This document shows, piece after piece, positions 38,989 through 48,259 of a stretch of DNA of 64,000 bases. Each line of letters opens with the position of its first letter. The stretch's first letter is position 1. The notes beneath the pieces are model-generated. The model was not told the origin of the DNA, did not search any database, and saw only the letters and a list, made by a program, of their open reading frames with translations. The position numbers and the translations under genes were made by a program. The stretch covers positions 180,023 through 244,022 of IMG/VR virus record IMGVR_UViG_3300043399_000297; one strand, written 5' to 3'.

Positions 38989-39451
38989 TAAGATTAAGGA
39001 ACTTAAGGAAGAAGGTAGGAAGATAGGTATTACTTTCAGCACCTTTGATATGCTTCACGCGGGTCATATCGCAATGCTCGCCGAAGCTAAAAATCATTGT
39101 GATTACTTGATTGCTGGTTTACAGACTGATCCTACTATTGATCGCCCTGATACCAAGAACAAACCTATTCAATCAATTGTTGAACGGCAGATTCAATTAG
39201 CAGCAGTTAAGTATGTTGATGAAGTTGTAATATACCAGACCGAACAAGATTTAATTGATCTATTACTTATTTTACCCGTTGATGTTCGTATTTTAGGAAT
39301 TGAATATGAAGGTAAAGCATTTACTGGCCGTAAAGAATGTATTCAACGAGGCATAGAGTTAGTATATAACAGTCGTGATCATAGCTTTAGTTCAAGCAGC
39401 TTAAGAAAGCGTGTTGCGGATGCGCAGATAGTGGATAAATTAAATGCGTGA
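38978..39451 (+). CDS. Cytidylyltransferase (TagD/RfaE-like)
   Basis: TFSTFDMLHAGH, LIAGLQTD, KYVDEV, FSSSSLR. Confidence 0.85.
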   Translation: MIFNKIKELKEEGRKIGITFSTFDMLHAGHIAMLAEAKNHCDYLIAGLQTDPTIDRPDTKNKPIQSIVERQIQLAAVKYVDEVVIYQTEQDLIDLLLILPVDVRILGIEYEGKAFTGRKECIQRGIELVYNSRDHSFSSSSLRKRVADAQIVDKLNA

Positions 39452-39662
39452 CAATGAGTTAGACTTACACGGAGTAAAACATCAGGATGTTGACTTATTG
39501 GTAGAAAATTTTATTTTTACCAATCAGGATAGATTTCCCTTGACAATCATCTGCGGAAATAGTATAAAGATGATAGAACGAGCCAACTCCGTGATAAATA
39601 GGATTGGCTGCGAAACTGTCTCACTTAGATATGGTGTGATAACAATAAGGAAGTTTAAGTAA
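39444..39662 (+). CDS. Smr/MutS2-domain small protein
   Basis: ELDLHG...LTIICGNS. Confidence 0.65.
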   Translation: MRDNELDLHGVKHQDVDLLVENFIFTNQDRFPLTIICGNSIKMIERANSVINRIGCETVSLRYGVITIRKFK

Positions 39663-40100
39663 TTGTTGTATCTAGCATACGGAATGAATACTAATATCGA
39701 TCAGATGGCTTATCGCTGTCCAGCCGCCGTTTCACTTGGTCGCTATGATTTGCCTGATCATCGTTTAGTTTTCCGTGGCGTAGCTGATGTTGTTTATAGC
39801 CAGGGTGATACATTGCAAACTGTATTGTGGGACATTACACGAAATTGCGAAGAAGCATTAGATATTCTTGAGGGCTATCCACATCTTTATGATAAGAAAG
39901 AGGTACCTATTGAGTTTATGAATATCAATGATTACGCTATGATTTATTATATGGTTAATCCATATGTTCCTTCTCATCCTAGCATAACCTATCAAGAAAT
40001 GCTAAAAGAAGGATATTATGATCACAGTTTAGATTTAGAACAAATCTATAACGCTGAAGGATATTGTGATATATACAACATTAATTACAGTGGTCTCTGA
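39663..40100 (+). CDS. Gamma-glutamylcyclotransferase-like (GGCT/AIG2) protein
   Basis: YLAYGMN..QM..RCP, LVFRGVAD, LDILEGYPHLY. Confidence 0.8.
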   Translation: MLYLAYGMNTNIDQMAYRCPAAVSLGRYDLPDHRLVFRGVADVVYSQGDTLQTVLWDITRNCEEALDILEGYPHLYDKKEVPIEFMNINDYAMIYYMVNPYVPSHPSITYQEMLKEGYYDHSLDLEQIYNAEGYCDIYNINYSGL

Positions 40101-40143
40101 CGCTCATCCCACTCAAAACATTCTGCGTGTCATCTTATAAGGA
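40089..40143 (+). promoter_or_regulatory. PreQ1-I-like riboswitch candidate (H-type pseudoknot) upstream of queD
   Basis: P1 AGTGG/CCACT, loop ending CATC, A-rich CAAAACA tail, loop TGACGC complementary to GCGTGTCA, then AAGGA SD. Confidence 0.55.
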
Positions 40144-40150
40144 AATAAAG

Positions 40151-40621
40151 ATGGCAAAATATATTAGTACTAAAACATATAACCAAATAGGACCAGTAGC
40201 ATATCGTCAGTGGAAGGCAGATAGCCACTGTAATTTGATTCACGGTTATGCACTTAGTTTTCATTTTGAGTTTGAATCAAATACATTAGACGCAAGAAAC
40301 TGGGTAGTAGACTTTGGTGGATTAAAGCCACTTAAGGCATTGCTTGAAGACTGGTTTGATCACACATTGCTTGTTGCTGTTGATGATCCTCAGCGTGAAG
40401 AACTACTTAGACTAGGTGAGTTGAAGCTTGCTAAGATTACTGAAGTTGAAAAGACAGGATGCGAAGGCATCGCAGACTTTCTTTATGAATATGTGAATAC
40501 TATTTTTCTTCCAACATATGGTTGGGGAGACAATGTTTGGTGTTGTAAGGTAGCAGTACGCGAGACCGACAGCAATATGGCGATGCGTGTTGGTCACAGA
40601 GAAGATAAGGAGTTTGATTAA
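40151..40621 (+). CDS. queD: 6-carboxytetrahydropterin synthase
   Basis: HCNLIHGY, WVVDFGGLK, FDHTLL, GCE, VRET; AAGGA SD supports ATG at 40151. Confidence 0.85.
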   Translation: MAKYISTKTYNQIGPVAYRQWKADSHCNLIHGYALSFHFEFESNTLDARNWVVDFGGLKPLKALLEDWFDHTLLVAVDDPQREELLRLGELKLAKITEVEKTGCEGIADFLYEYVNTIFLPTYGWGDNVWCCKVAVRETDSNMAMRVGHREDKEFD

Positions 40622-41499
40622 TGCCAATTCAACAACAAAAAATTTCAATTTTACTTCCTACTAGAGGAAGGCCTGATCTATTAAAGAGAAGCGTCTTTTC
40701 TCTTTTGGATACTGCAAGTAATACAGACGGTATTGAAATATTGTTGGCAATTGATGATGATGATCCATTGACCATTGATTATGTCAATAATGAATTGGTT
40801 CCAGAATTGAATGACCGCGATGTTGCAATGCGAGCCTTTACATTTAAAAGATTGGGTTATCTTAATCTTCATCTATATGTTAATCATTTAGCCCGTGAAA
40901 GTATGGGTGAGTGGATGATATTATGGAATGATGATGCAGTGATGCAAACTGACAACTGGGACCTTGAAATTGCTAAGTATAATGGACAATTTAAGGTACT
41001 ACGATTTAAAGATAATCATAATGAACACCCTAATGCAATATTTCCTTGCATACCAAAAGACTGGGTAGCATTATTTGATGTTTTGACTCCTCATCAAGTA
41101 ACTGATTCTTGGGTAAGTCAAGTTGCATACATCGTAGGTATCATTCAAAATGTTCCTAGTGTTTATGTTTATCACGATAGACACGATTTGACCGGTAATA
41201 ATAACGATCAAACTGCTCAAGAAAGAATGTTTGACGATAATAATCCACACCAACCCACTGATTTGAATCACCCTGACCAATTAAGGTTGAAGTTAGCGTG
41301 GGGTAAGAAACTGAATTGGTATCTACAAAGAATTGGACAGAGCCCGGGCTGGCTAGATCAGTGGTTAAAGGATCCAAAAAACTTTGACTTGTGGTCTACA
41401 TTCAAAGAAAACGACCCGAATAATCAATGTTTTACTAGTTTGGAAGAAAGAGAAGAAATTGTCAAGAATAAAAAGAATTTGGTTCAAGGCTCTGGGTGA
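40621..41499 (+). CDS. GT-A (GT2-like) glycosyltransferase
   Basis: ISILLPTRGRP, EILLAIDDDD, WNDD. Confidence 0.8.
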   Translation: MPIQQQKISILLPTRGRPDLLKRSVFSLLDTASNTDGIEILLAIDDDDPLTIDYVNNELVPELNDRDVAMRAFTFKRLGYLNLHLYVNHLARESMGEWMILWNDDAVMQTDNWDLEIAKYNGQFKVLRFKDNHNEHPNAIFPCIPKDWVALFDVLTPHQVTDSWVSQVAYIVGIIQNVPSVYVYHDRHDLTGNNNDQTAQERMFDDNNPHQPTDLNHPDQLRLKLAWGKKLNWYLQRIGQSPGWLDQWLKDPKNFDLWSTFKENDPNNQCFTSLEEREEIVKNKKNLVQGSG

Positions 41500-41623
41500 G
41501 AAGGCAAGCGATTGTGATAATGAAAGTGATAGTGTAGCTTGGGTAAGAACATTCTTGATTTTTCAAGCAATAGTCACTAATATGTTCATTATCGCAAACG
41601 CATTGAGGCATTGGAATGGTTAA
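41459..41623 (+). CDS. Small membrane protein
   Basis: WFKALGEKA..ESDSVAWVRT..IIANALRHW; start uncertain. Confidence 0.55.
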   Translation: MSRIKRIWFKALGEKASDCDNESDSVAWVRTFLIFQAIVTNMFIIANALRHWNG

Positions 41624-41855
41624 GATATATTCTAGTTGGAGTACCTCTCCTATAGGAAAAGCATCTAGATGGAAATTAGTATTAGCCAAATTTTGGTTTC
41701 TCACGCATCCATATATTAGTGTTACTCCTAGTTCAAGTACTTCCGGTTGGGGATTTGACAAAACACCCTACGGATTCATTCTTTGGTTACCCGGAAAGAA
41801 ACATAAAAGGTGTGGAAAAAGAATTCATATTTCTTGGAGAATGTTAATTGATTAA
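41616..41855 (+). CDS. Hypothetical protein
   Basis: 79 aa, overlaps its neighbours by a few nt. Confidence 0.5.
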   Translation: MVKIYSSWSTSPIGKASRWKLVLAKFWFLTHPYISVTPSSSTSGWGFDKTPYGFILWLPGKKHKRCGKRIHISWRMLID

Positions 41856-42351
41856 AAAAGTATATTACACAGACAAACAGATTGACGCATTGATTCATAA
41901 CATCCTTCGTCAGATCATAAAGGATCAGTGGGTGCCTGACTATATCGTGGGTCTTACTCGCGGCGGTCTAGTTCCCGCAGTCAAGATCAGTCAGTATCTT
42001 GACATTCCATTAGAAACTGTTAAAGTCAGTTTGCGTGACGGAAGTGATGATGGGTGTGAAAGTAACTGTTGGATGGCAGAAGATGCATACGATGGTAAGA
42101 AGATTCTCATTGTTGATGACATTAACGATACTGGTGCTACATTAGAATGGATCAAGAAAGATTGGCAATCAAGTGCATTCCCCGGTGATGAAAAATGGGA
42201 TGGTATTTGGAATGAAAGTGTTCGCTTTGCAGCATTGATTGACAATGATCAAAGTTTAACGCAGATAAATTATATTGGTAAGAGTATCAACAAGGCTGAA
42301 GATCCACACTGGGTAATTTTTCCTTGGGAAAATTGGTGGGAAAATGACTGA
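41848..42351 (+). CDS. Type I purine phosphoribosyltransferase (Gpt-like)
   Basis: GLTRGGLVPA, ILIVDDINDTGAT PRPP motif, WVIFPWE. Confidence 0.88.
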   Translation: MIKKVYYTDKQIDALIHNILRQIIKDQWVPDYIVGLTRGGLVPAVKISQYLDIPLETVKVSLRDGSDDGCESNCWMAEDAYDGKKILIVDDINDTGATLEWIKKDWQSSAFPGDEKWDGIWNESVRFAALIDNDQSLTQINYIGKSINKAEDPHWVIFPWENWWEND

Positions 42352-42514
42352 CTTAATTATAGTTATAAGTGTTTCTGTATTGTGCGCTATACTTTCTTTT
42401 ATTGTGTATGGATGTTGGCGTTGGGAACAAGATAGATATGAATATAGAAAAAAGTATGGGATTGATCCCAAATATCACGGTTGGAAAATAGATGACAAAA
42501 ATCAAGATAAGTGA
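42344..42514 (+). CDS. 56-aa membrane protein not in the ORF track
   Basis: MTDLIIVISVSVLCAILSFIVYGCW... Confidence 0.55.
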   Translation: MTDLIIVISVSVLCAILSFIVYGCWRWEQDRYEYRKKYGIDPKYHGWKIDDKNQDK

Positions 42515-43361
42515 ATTATTTTACTCAATCCAAGGTGAGGGTAGATATATGGGAGTCCCAAGTATCTTCCTGAGAACATTTGGATGCAACTTTACTTGTA
42601 GCGGCTTTGGAATGCCAAAAGGAGAATTATCAAATGAGCGGGAAAAAATTGAAGCAAACGAATACAACGAATACGGACAGCTTCCTCTCGTCACTACGGG
42701 CTGCGACTCCTACGCATCCTGGGATCCTCGCTTCAAGCATCTTTCTCCCAGCAGGGACATTGATACTATTGTCAGCGACATTATGGAACTACTACCGTTT
42801 AAAGAATGGAAAGAAGAACACCTCGTCATCACAGGAGGAGAACCACTCCTCGGATGGCAACGATCCTACCCAGAACTCTTAAGTCACGAAAAGATGAAAA
42901 GTCTCAGAGAGATTACCTTTGAGACAAACGGCACACAACCGATTACAGATGAGTTTATCAAATATCTTGACGATTGGCGTTGGGAAGCTGTTCTGGGTGA
43001 AAAGACTGGCTATGCATTTGATCGTGAGATTACATTTAGCGTAAGTCCCAAACTATCTTGTTCCGGACATACTACAGAAGAAGCTATCAAGCCCGAGGTA
43101 GTGTGCCGGTATGAAGATGTTGGTTATACCTATCTCAAGTTTGTTATCGCAACAGAAGACGATGCTAATGAAGCATTAGAAATGATTAAGCGTTATCGTC
43201 AAGAAGGCTTTATAGGTCCTGTTTACTTTATGCCTGTCGGCGGAGTAGAGAGTGTATATCATCTTAACAATCGCACAGTTGCAGACCTTGCTATAAAAAA
43301 TGGTGTTCGTTATAGTGATCGGCTGCATTTGCCATTGTTCGGCAACAGGTGGGGTACCTAA
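42492..43361 (+). CDS. queE: 7-carboxy-7-deazaguanine synthase (radical SAM)
   Basis: ELFYSIQGEG, FLRTFGCNFTC..CDS, ITGGEP, ETNGT, SPKL, RLH. Confidence 0.9.
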   Translation: MTKIKISELFYSIQGEGRYMGVPSIFLRTFGCNFTCSGFGMPKGELSNEREKIEANEYNEYGQLPLVTTGCDSYASWDPRFKHLSPSRDIDTIVSDIMELLPFKEWKEEHLVITGGEPLLGWQRSYPELLSHEKMKSLREITFETNGTQPITDEFIKYLDDWRWEAVLGEKTGYAFDREITFSVSPKLSCSGHTTEEAIKPEVVCRYEDVGYTYLKFVIATEDDANEALEMIKRYRQEGFIGPVYFMPVGGVESVYHLNNRTVADLAIKNGVRYSDRLHLPLFGNRWGT

Positions 43362-43378
43362 ATAGTAAAAGTTTATTA

Positions 43379-43425
43379 CCCCTCGTATTGTATAAATAAT
43401 GAAGACTATTTAATAATACGAGGGG
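43379..43425 (+). promoter_or_regulatory. RBS-sequestering hairpin with a late promoter in its loop
   Basis: CCCCTCGTATT...TATAAATA(43391-43398)...AATACGAGGGG then ATG 43429. Confidence 0.75.
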
Positions 43426-43428
43426 AAT

Positions 43429-44184
43429 ATGACAAATCCTATTAATAAGAAAACCACAGAACAGTTCATAAGCGAAGTAAATCCGGAATTAGGTATTACG
43501 ATATTAGGAGAGTATCTTAATACCGACACCAAGATTGAATATCAATGTAAGCACGGGACCTTCTATTCATTGCCTTGGCAAATATTAAAGTTAAAACATT
43601 GTTGTCGCAAGGGATATTACGAAAGTGGCAAGATGTGGGAAAAAAGAACCAACACCTTGTTTGAACTCAAGAACAGGGCTCTTAAGGACAGACCCAACAT
43701 TGATGTTACAGAGTGTTATATTGACACTTCCGGAAGATACAAAAGATTAGCAAATATTAGATGCACCAAACATAATGTATATTATAGTTCTATAGCAAGT
43801 AACAAGATGGGACAATGCCCTGAATGTTACAAAGAAGACAATATGGAACGCCTAAAGTTAGCGCAGGTTGCGGCATGGACAAGTCAGTCGGTCGGTAGTT
43901 TTGTTAGTGACAGTGAAACAAAATGGTTAGATTCTTTGGGGATTAAAGGTAGACAAGTATGGTTAAAGGATGTACAATACAAAGTAGACGGGTATGACGA
44001 GACCACAAACACTGTTTATTTATACCATGGTAGATTTTGGCATGGGTGTCCAGAAACATTTGATCCAAACTTGATTCATCCGGTAGTGAAGATACCGATG
44101 AAGGATTTATATGAGAAAACGATTATGTATGAAAATAAGATCAAAGATGCAGGGTACAACCTCGTAGTAGAGTGGGGAAGATAA
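43429..44184 (+). CDS. Vsr/EDxHD-like endonuclease with Zn-binding repeats
   Basis: Cys/His repeats; C-terminal SDSE..WLD..KVDGYD..YLYHGRFWHG..GYNLVVEW. Confidence 0.7.
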   Translation: MTNPINKKTTEQFISEVNPELGITILGEYLNTDTKIEYQCKHGTFYSLPWQILKLKHCCRKGYYESGKMWEKRTNTLFELKNRALKDRPNIDVTECYIDTSGRYKRLANIRCTKHNVYYSSIASNKMGQCPECYKEDNMERLKLAQVAAWTSQSVGSFVSDSETKWLDSLGIKGRQVWLKDVQYKVDGYDETTNTVYLYHGRFWHGCPETFDPNLIHPVVKIPMKDLYEKTIMYENKIKDAGYNLVVEWGR

Positions 44185-44245
44185 TGTTACGTCTAGAATA
44201 TCCAATTGGGTTGACAAGTATGAATATATTAAATGGAAGTTAAAA

Positions 44246-45019
44246 ATGACTGATAACTTAGAACAAAAGATTGTTGACTATTGGAATCGTCAACCCTGTA
44301 ACATTAAGCATAGTACCAGTGAGATTGGTACACTAGAGTTCTTTGAAGAAAACTCTAACAAGCGATATAAGGTCGAGCCACATCTCCGTGAACTTGCGCA
44401 ATTCCACTTATATCAAGGCAAACGAGTGCTTGAAATTGGTTGTGGGTTAGGCGCAGATGCAGCAGAATTTGTGAAAAACGGTGCTGAATATGTGGGAATT
44501 GACATTAGTGACGAAAGTGTTAAGCTTGCACAAAAGCGTTTTGAAGTAATGGGATTGCAAGGTCAATTTTTTGTTGACAACGCAATTAATGACCTATCTA
44601 AATATGGCAAGTTTGATCTTGTTTATAGTTGCGGTGTGCTACATCATTATCCGGATATTCAAAAGATTTTTAATAACATTCATAATGTTTTAGTTGACGG
44701 CGGTGATTTGAGATTTTTTGTTTACGCAAAGAATAGCTGGAAATATGCTATGATTAAAGCTGGATTAGATCAATATGAGGCTCAAGCAGGATGCCCATAT
44801 GCAAAAGCATATACGCACGATGAAATTTATGAATTGCTTGAAGGTAAGTTTGAAATAGCAAGAATACGCCAAGCTCATTGTTTTATGTGGAATGTAGAAA
44901 AATACAAACAACATATCTATGAACTTGAACCCTGGTTTGCAGCAATGTCTACTGAAATGCGAGAGGCAGTGAGTGAATACCTAGGTTGGCATCTATTAGT
45001 AAAAGCAAATAAGATATGA
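44246..45019 (+). CDS. Class I SAM-dependent methyltransferase
   Basis: VLEIGCGLG, GIDIS, FDLVYSCGVLHH. Confidence 0.85.
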   Translation: MTDNLEQKIVDYWNRQPCNIKHSTSEIGTLEFFEENSNKRYKVEPHLRELAQFHLYQGKRVLEIGCGLGADAAEFVKNGAEYVGIDISDESVKLAQKRFEVMGLQGQFFVDNAINDLSKYGKFDLVYSCGVLHHYPDIQKIFNNIHNVLVDGGDLRFFVYAKNSWKYAMIKAGLDQYEAQAGCPYAKAYTHDEIYELLEGKFEIARIRQAHCFMWNVEKYKQHIYELEPWFAAMSTEMREAVSEYLGWHLLVKANKI

Positions 45020-46344
45020 AAAGAATCGGATTCCTAGTTAGTTCGCAGACATTAATACCGCACGGTGGTATTGGTCAATTCACAAAAAGTTTCTGCGAGT
45101 TAATGAATAGTCAAGGACTATATGTGGATGTTATCACCGATAAAAGCCCTCAAGGTATTGCGGATGATTTTGTTAGAGAACTCAAAGCAAATATCATCTA
45201 TCCAGACAATCCATTAAAATACACTGACCACAGTGCCATCTTTATGTATGGTGATAGTTATTGCTATGAGCGTATGGCTAACTTTCGTGATGCTACTATT
45301 AAGGCTCTTACATCTAACTTGTATGATGTTTTTGTTTGCAATACATACGAGACTATTCAGGTAATATCTACTCTCGGATTAACAGATTATATCCAAACCA
45401 TTGCATATACCCATTTGGAAAGTCAAATCTTCAAGGATACTAAGAATCCTTTCTTAGATAGTGTCAACGATATGATGAGGTTGCAATTACAGATGCCAAA
45501 CATCACTATCGGCACTCAAAGTGTGTTCAATCGTCTTCGTTTTGAAAATGCATATCATCTACCCATTCCTCTCCCCGAACCAAACTTGTTGAAAGAATAC
45601 GATAAAAATCGTGAAGGTGTGTTGTTCATCGGTCGTTGGGAAGAAGGTAAGAATCCCGAGTTGTTTCTTGACTTGATTGAGCAGACTAGACTTCCCGCTC
45701 GTATTATGACTAGTAGCAATGGTGCTAAAAAGTTTGATGAGAGACTAAAGAAGCTTGGAGTTGACTATCAGATTAAAGTTGGAATCATTGGGCAGGAAAA
45801 GGTAGATTTTATCACTGGATGTAGAGTAGCTTTTAATCCAAGCACGGTAGAAAGTTATGGAATTGCTTTTCTAGAACAGATTATTCAATTGCCTACATTT
45901 GCGTTAATCAACCAGCGTTGGACAGATAATTTCCCAAGCACACAATTTTTTACGACAAGTAAGCGTAATATGGCTGAGGATGTAAAAAAAGTTTATGATC
46001 AGTATCCTACTGCAAAAGATTGGTATAAAGAATATGACTCAGTGAACCATTTTAAAGTTCACGAAGAGGCGGTGTTTCATAAGTGGAATCATTGCTTCAA
46101 TGAATTTGAATCTCGCAAGAGTAATAGTAATACTGCTAAGATTTGCAATGAAACCACCGTCAAATATAGCGATTACATCACTGACTTAAAGCGTAGAATC
46201 ATTTGTATTGACGATGTGAAAAGTGTATTGTCCAATAAACATAAGTTTAGAGTAATATACACTGACACTGATACTTATTTGACAAAGGACCCTTCTTTTG
46301 AACCCAAAGAAGAAGTAATAGGAACAGGATTGTTTGAGTTTTGA
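45016..46344 (+). CDS. GT-B (GT4-like) glycosyltransferase
   Basis: PHGGIG, LFIGRWEEGKNP, NPSTVESYGIAFLE. Confidence 0.8.
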   Translation: MKRIGFLVSSQTLIPHGGIGQFTKSFCELMNSQGLYVDVITDKSPQGIADDFVRELKANIIYPDNPLKYTDHSAIFMYGDSYCYERMANFRDATIKALTSNLYDVFVCNTYETIQVISTLGLTDYIQTIAYTHLESQIFKDTKNPFLDSVNDMMRLQLQMPNITIGTQSVFNRLRFENAYHLPIPLPEPNLLKEYDKNREGVLFIGRWEEGKNPELFLDLIEQTRLPARIMTSSNGAKKFDERLKKLGVDYQIKVGIIGQEKVDFITGCRVAFNPSTVESYGIAFLEQIIQLPTFALINQRWTDNFPSTQFFTTSKRNMAEDVKKVYDQYPTAKDWYKEYDSVNHFKVHEEAVFHKWNHCFNEFESRKSNSNTAKICNETTVKYSDYITDLKRRIICIDDVKSVLSNKHKFRVIYTDTDTYLTKDPSFEPKEEVIGTGLFEF

Positions 46345-46345
46345 T

Positions 46346-47215
46346 ATGAAAAAGATACTAGTTACTGGAAGTTCAGGGTATATTGGTTCGCACCTTTGTA
46401 AGTTGCTTGAGAAGGATTATATAGTTCACGGACTTGATATTCGTGAGCCACAACATCCAGTCAAGGAATTCTACAAGATTGATATTAATCGTCCTTTTGA
46501 TTCAGACGAGGAATACGATGCAGTTATTCATCTTGCTGCATTAGTTAATATTTCTGAAAGCGAAAAGCACCCCATAATTCATTATATTACCAATTTAAAC
46601 GGAACAATGAATGTAATCAATAGGATAAAGACTAAGAACTTTATCTTTGCATCTACTGGAGCGGCTGTATTATGTGATAGTGCATATGGAATTAGCAAGA
46701 GAGCAGCAGAAGATGTAGTAAGAGAATATTGCACAGAACACGACAACATTCCATATACCATTTTTAGATTTTACAATGTAATTGGTACAAGCGGGTATGG
46801 TCCTACTAATATAGATGGACTTATGTATAATTTAATGAAGATGAGAGAGACTAGAGAATTCACTATATATGGTAACGATTATCCTACTGGGTTTGACGGA
46901 ACCTGTGTTAGAGATTATGTTCACGTTGACGAAATCTGTTATGCGCTTAAGCTAGCAATTGAAAAGCCAGCTAACACTGTTGAATCGTTAGGACACGGTG
47001 TGGGATATAGTGTCAAGGAAATCTTTGAGATTTTTGAAAGAGTGAATCAAAATTATCTGTATCCCACTGGAGAAGAAGATGCTATCACAATGAAGATAGG
47101 TCCTCGCAGAAAGGGAGACACTCCCCATAGCGTTTTGGAAGATGTGTCTAAATATATGGTTGATATGTTTACGATAGATGAGCTTTTAAAGGTTGACACA
47201 CTCACTAAACAATGA
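46346..47215 (+). CDS. NAD-dependent nucleotide-sugar epimerase (GalE-like)
   Basis: ILVTGSSGYIG, IHLAA, YGISK, FRFYNV, DGTCVRDYVHV, RRKGD. Confidence 0.88.
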   Translation: MKKILVTGSSGYIGSHLCKLLEKDYIVHGLDIREPQHPVKEFYKIDINRPFDSDEEYDAVIHLAALVNISESEKHPIIHYITNLNGTMNVINRIKTKNFIFASTGAAVLCDSAYGISKRAAEDVVREYCTEHDNIPYTIFRFYNVIGTSGYGPTNIDGLMYNLMKMRETREFTIYGNDYPTGFDGTCVRDYVHVDEICYALKLAIEKPANTVESLGHGVGYSVKEIFEIFERVNQNYLYPTGEEDAITMKIGPRRKGDTPHSVLEDVSKYMVDMFTIDELLKVDTLTKQ

Positions 47216-47221
47216 TATAGT
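47193..47221 (+). promoter_or_regulatory. Sigma70-type promoter (leaderless uvsE)
   Basis: TTGACA-N17-TATAGT; ATG at 47229. Confidence 0.65.
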
Positions 47222-47228
47222 GGATACT

Positions 47229-48257
47229 ATGAACACATTTAATTCAGATATCCGCCGCATTGGTTTCGCTTGTAAGTGGGCTGAAATCAATAAGAAAGGT
47301 GAAATCGCTAGTGCTGAGGGACTCAACACTGGCGGAACTACCTATGCTTGGGCTAAGCGTAATACACGCAATAAGGTCGAAGACAAGTTGATTGAAGTTG
47401 CTAAACGCAACAGTATCAATACGCACAATCTTGTCAAAAAGGTAGCTACTCTTCCTATTGAACAGCGTATGTTGCGTCTTACTAGCGATATGCTATCATT
47501 CTATACTATGGATGAATACAAAGACTTCTGGACTCGGCAGGATGTGCAGGATAGTCTTGCTCGTTGGTTCGCTCCGATCGGCAAGACTGCTCGTGACAAT
47601 GATGTTCGCTTGTCGTTTCATCCCGATCAGTTTGTAGTTCTTGCTAGTGATCGCGAGGAAGTGGTCAATAAGTCAATCGAAGAATTCGAGTATCACGTTG
47701 ACTTGGCTCGTTTTATGGGTTATGGTAACAACTTTCAGGATATCAAGATCAACGTTCATATCAGTGGTCGTCAAGGACCTGACGGCATCAAGCGTGTTAT
47801 GTCTCGCCTTAGTCCCGAGGCTCGTAACAGTCTCACAATCGAGAATGACGAAATGACTTGGGGTATTGATGCAAGTCTTGAGCTTGTAGACACTTGCCCG
47901 CTCGTGTTAGACATTCATCATCACTGGGTAAAAACAGGAGAATACATTGAACCTACTGACGACCGCATTAAGAGGATTATTGATAGCTGGAATGGTAATC
48001 GTCCTGTTATCCATTATTCAGTTTCCCGTGAAGACTTGCTCACAGACCACTGTAGGAACACTAGACCCCATATTGACACACTGTTAGAAAGTGGTCACAA
48101 CAAGCAGAGGCTTCGTGCCCATAGTGACTATTATTGGAATAAGGAAGTCAACGACTGGGCAATGACCCACAATGAGTGGGCTGATATTATGTGCGAGAGT
48201 AAGGCTAAGAATCTAGCCACACAACTACTCTATGATACATATATCAAGAAAGGTTGA
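47229..48257 (+). CDS. uvsE: UV damage endonuclease
   Basis: RIGFAC, RLSFHPDQFVVL, TIENDE, VLDIHHH, IHYS, RAHSD, IMCESKAK. Confidence 0.9.
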   Translation: MNTFNSDIRRIGFACKWAEINKKGEIASAEGLNTGGTTYAWAKRNTRNKVEDKLIEVAKRNSINTHNLVKKVATLPIEQRMLRLTSDMLSFYTMDEYKDFWTRQDVQDSLARWFAPIGKTARDNDVRLSFHPDQFVVLASDREEVVNKSIEEFEYHVDLARFMGYGNNFQDIKINVHISGRQGPDGIKRVMSRLSPEARNSLTIENDEMTWGIDASLELVDTCPLVLDIHHHWVKTGEYIEPTDDRIKRIIDSWNGNRPVIHYSVSREDLLTDHCRNTRPHIDTLLESGHNKQRLRAHSDYYWNKEVNDWAMTHNEWADIMCESKAKNLATQLLYDTYIKKG

Positions 48258-48259
48258 TT

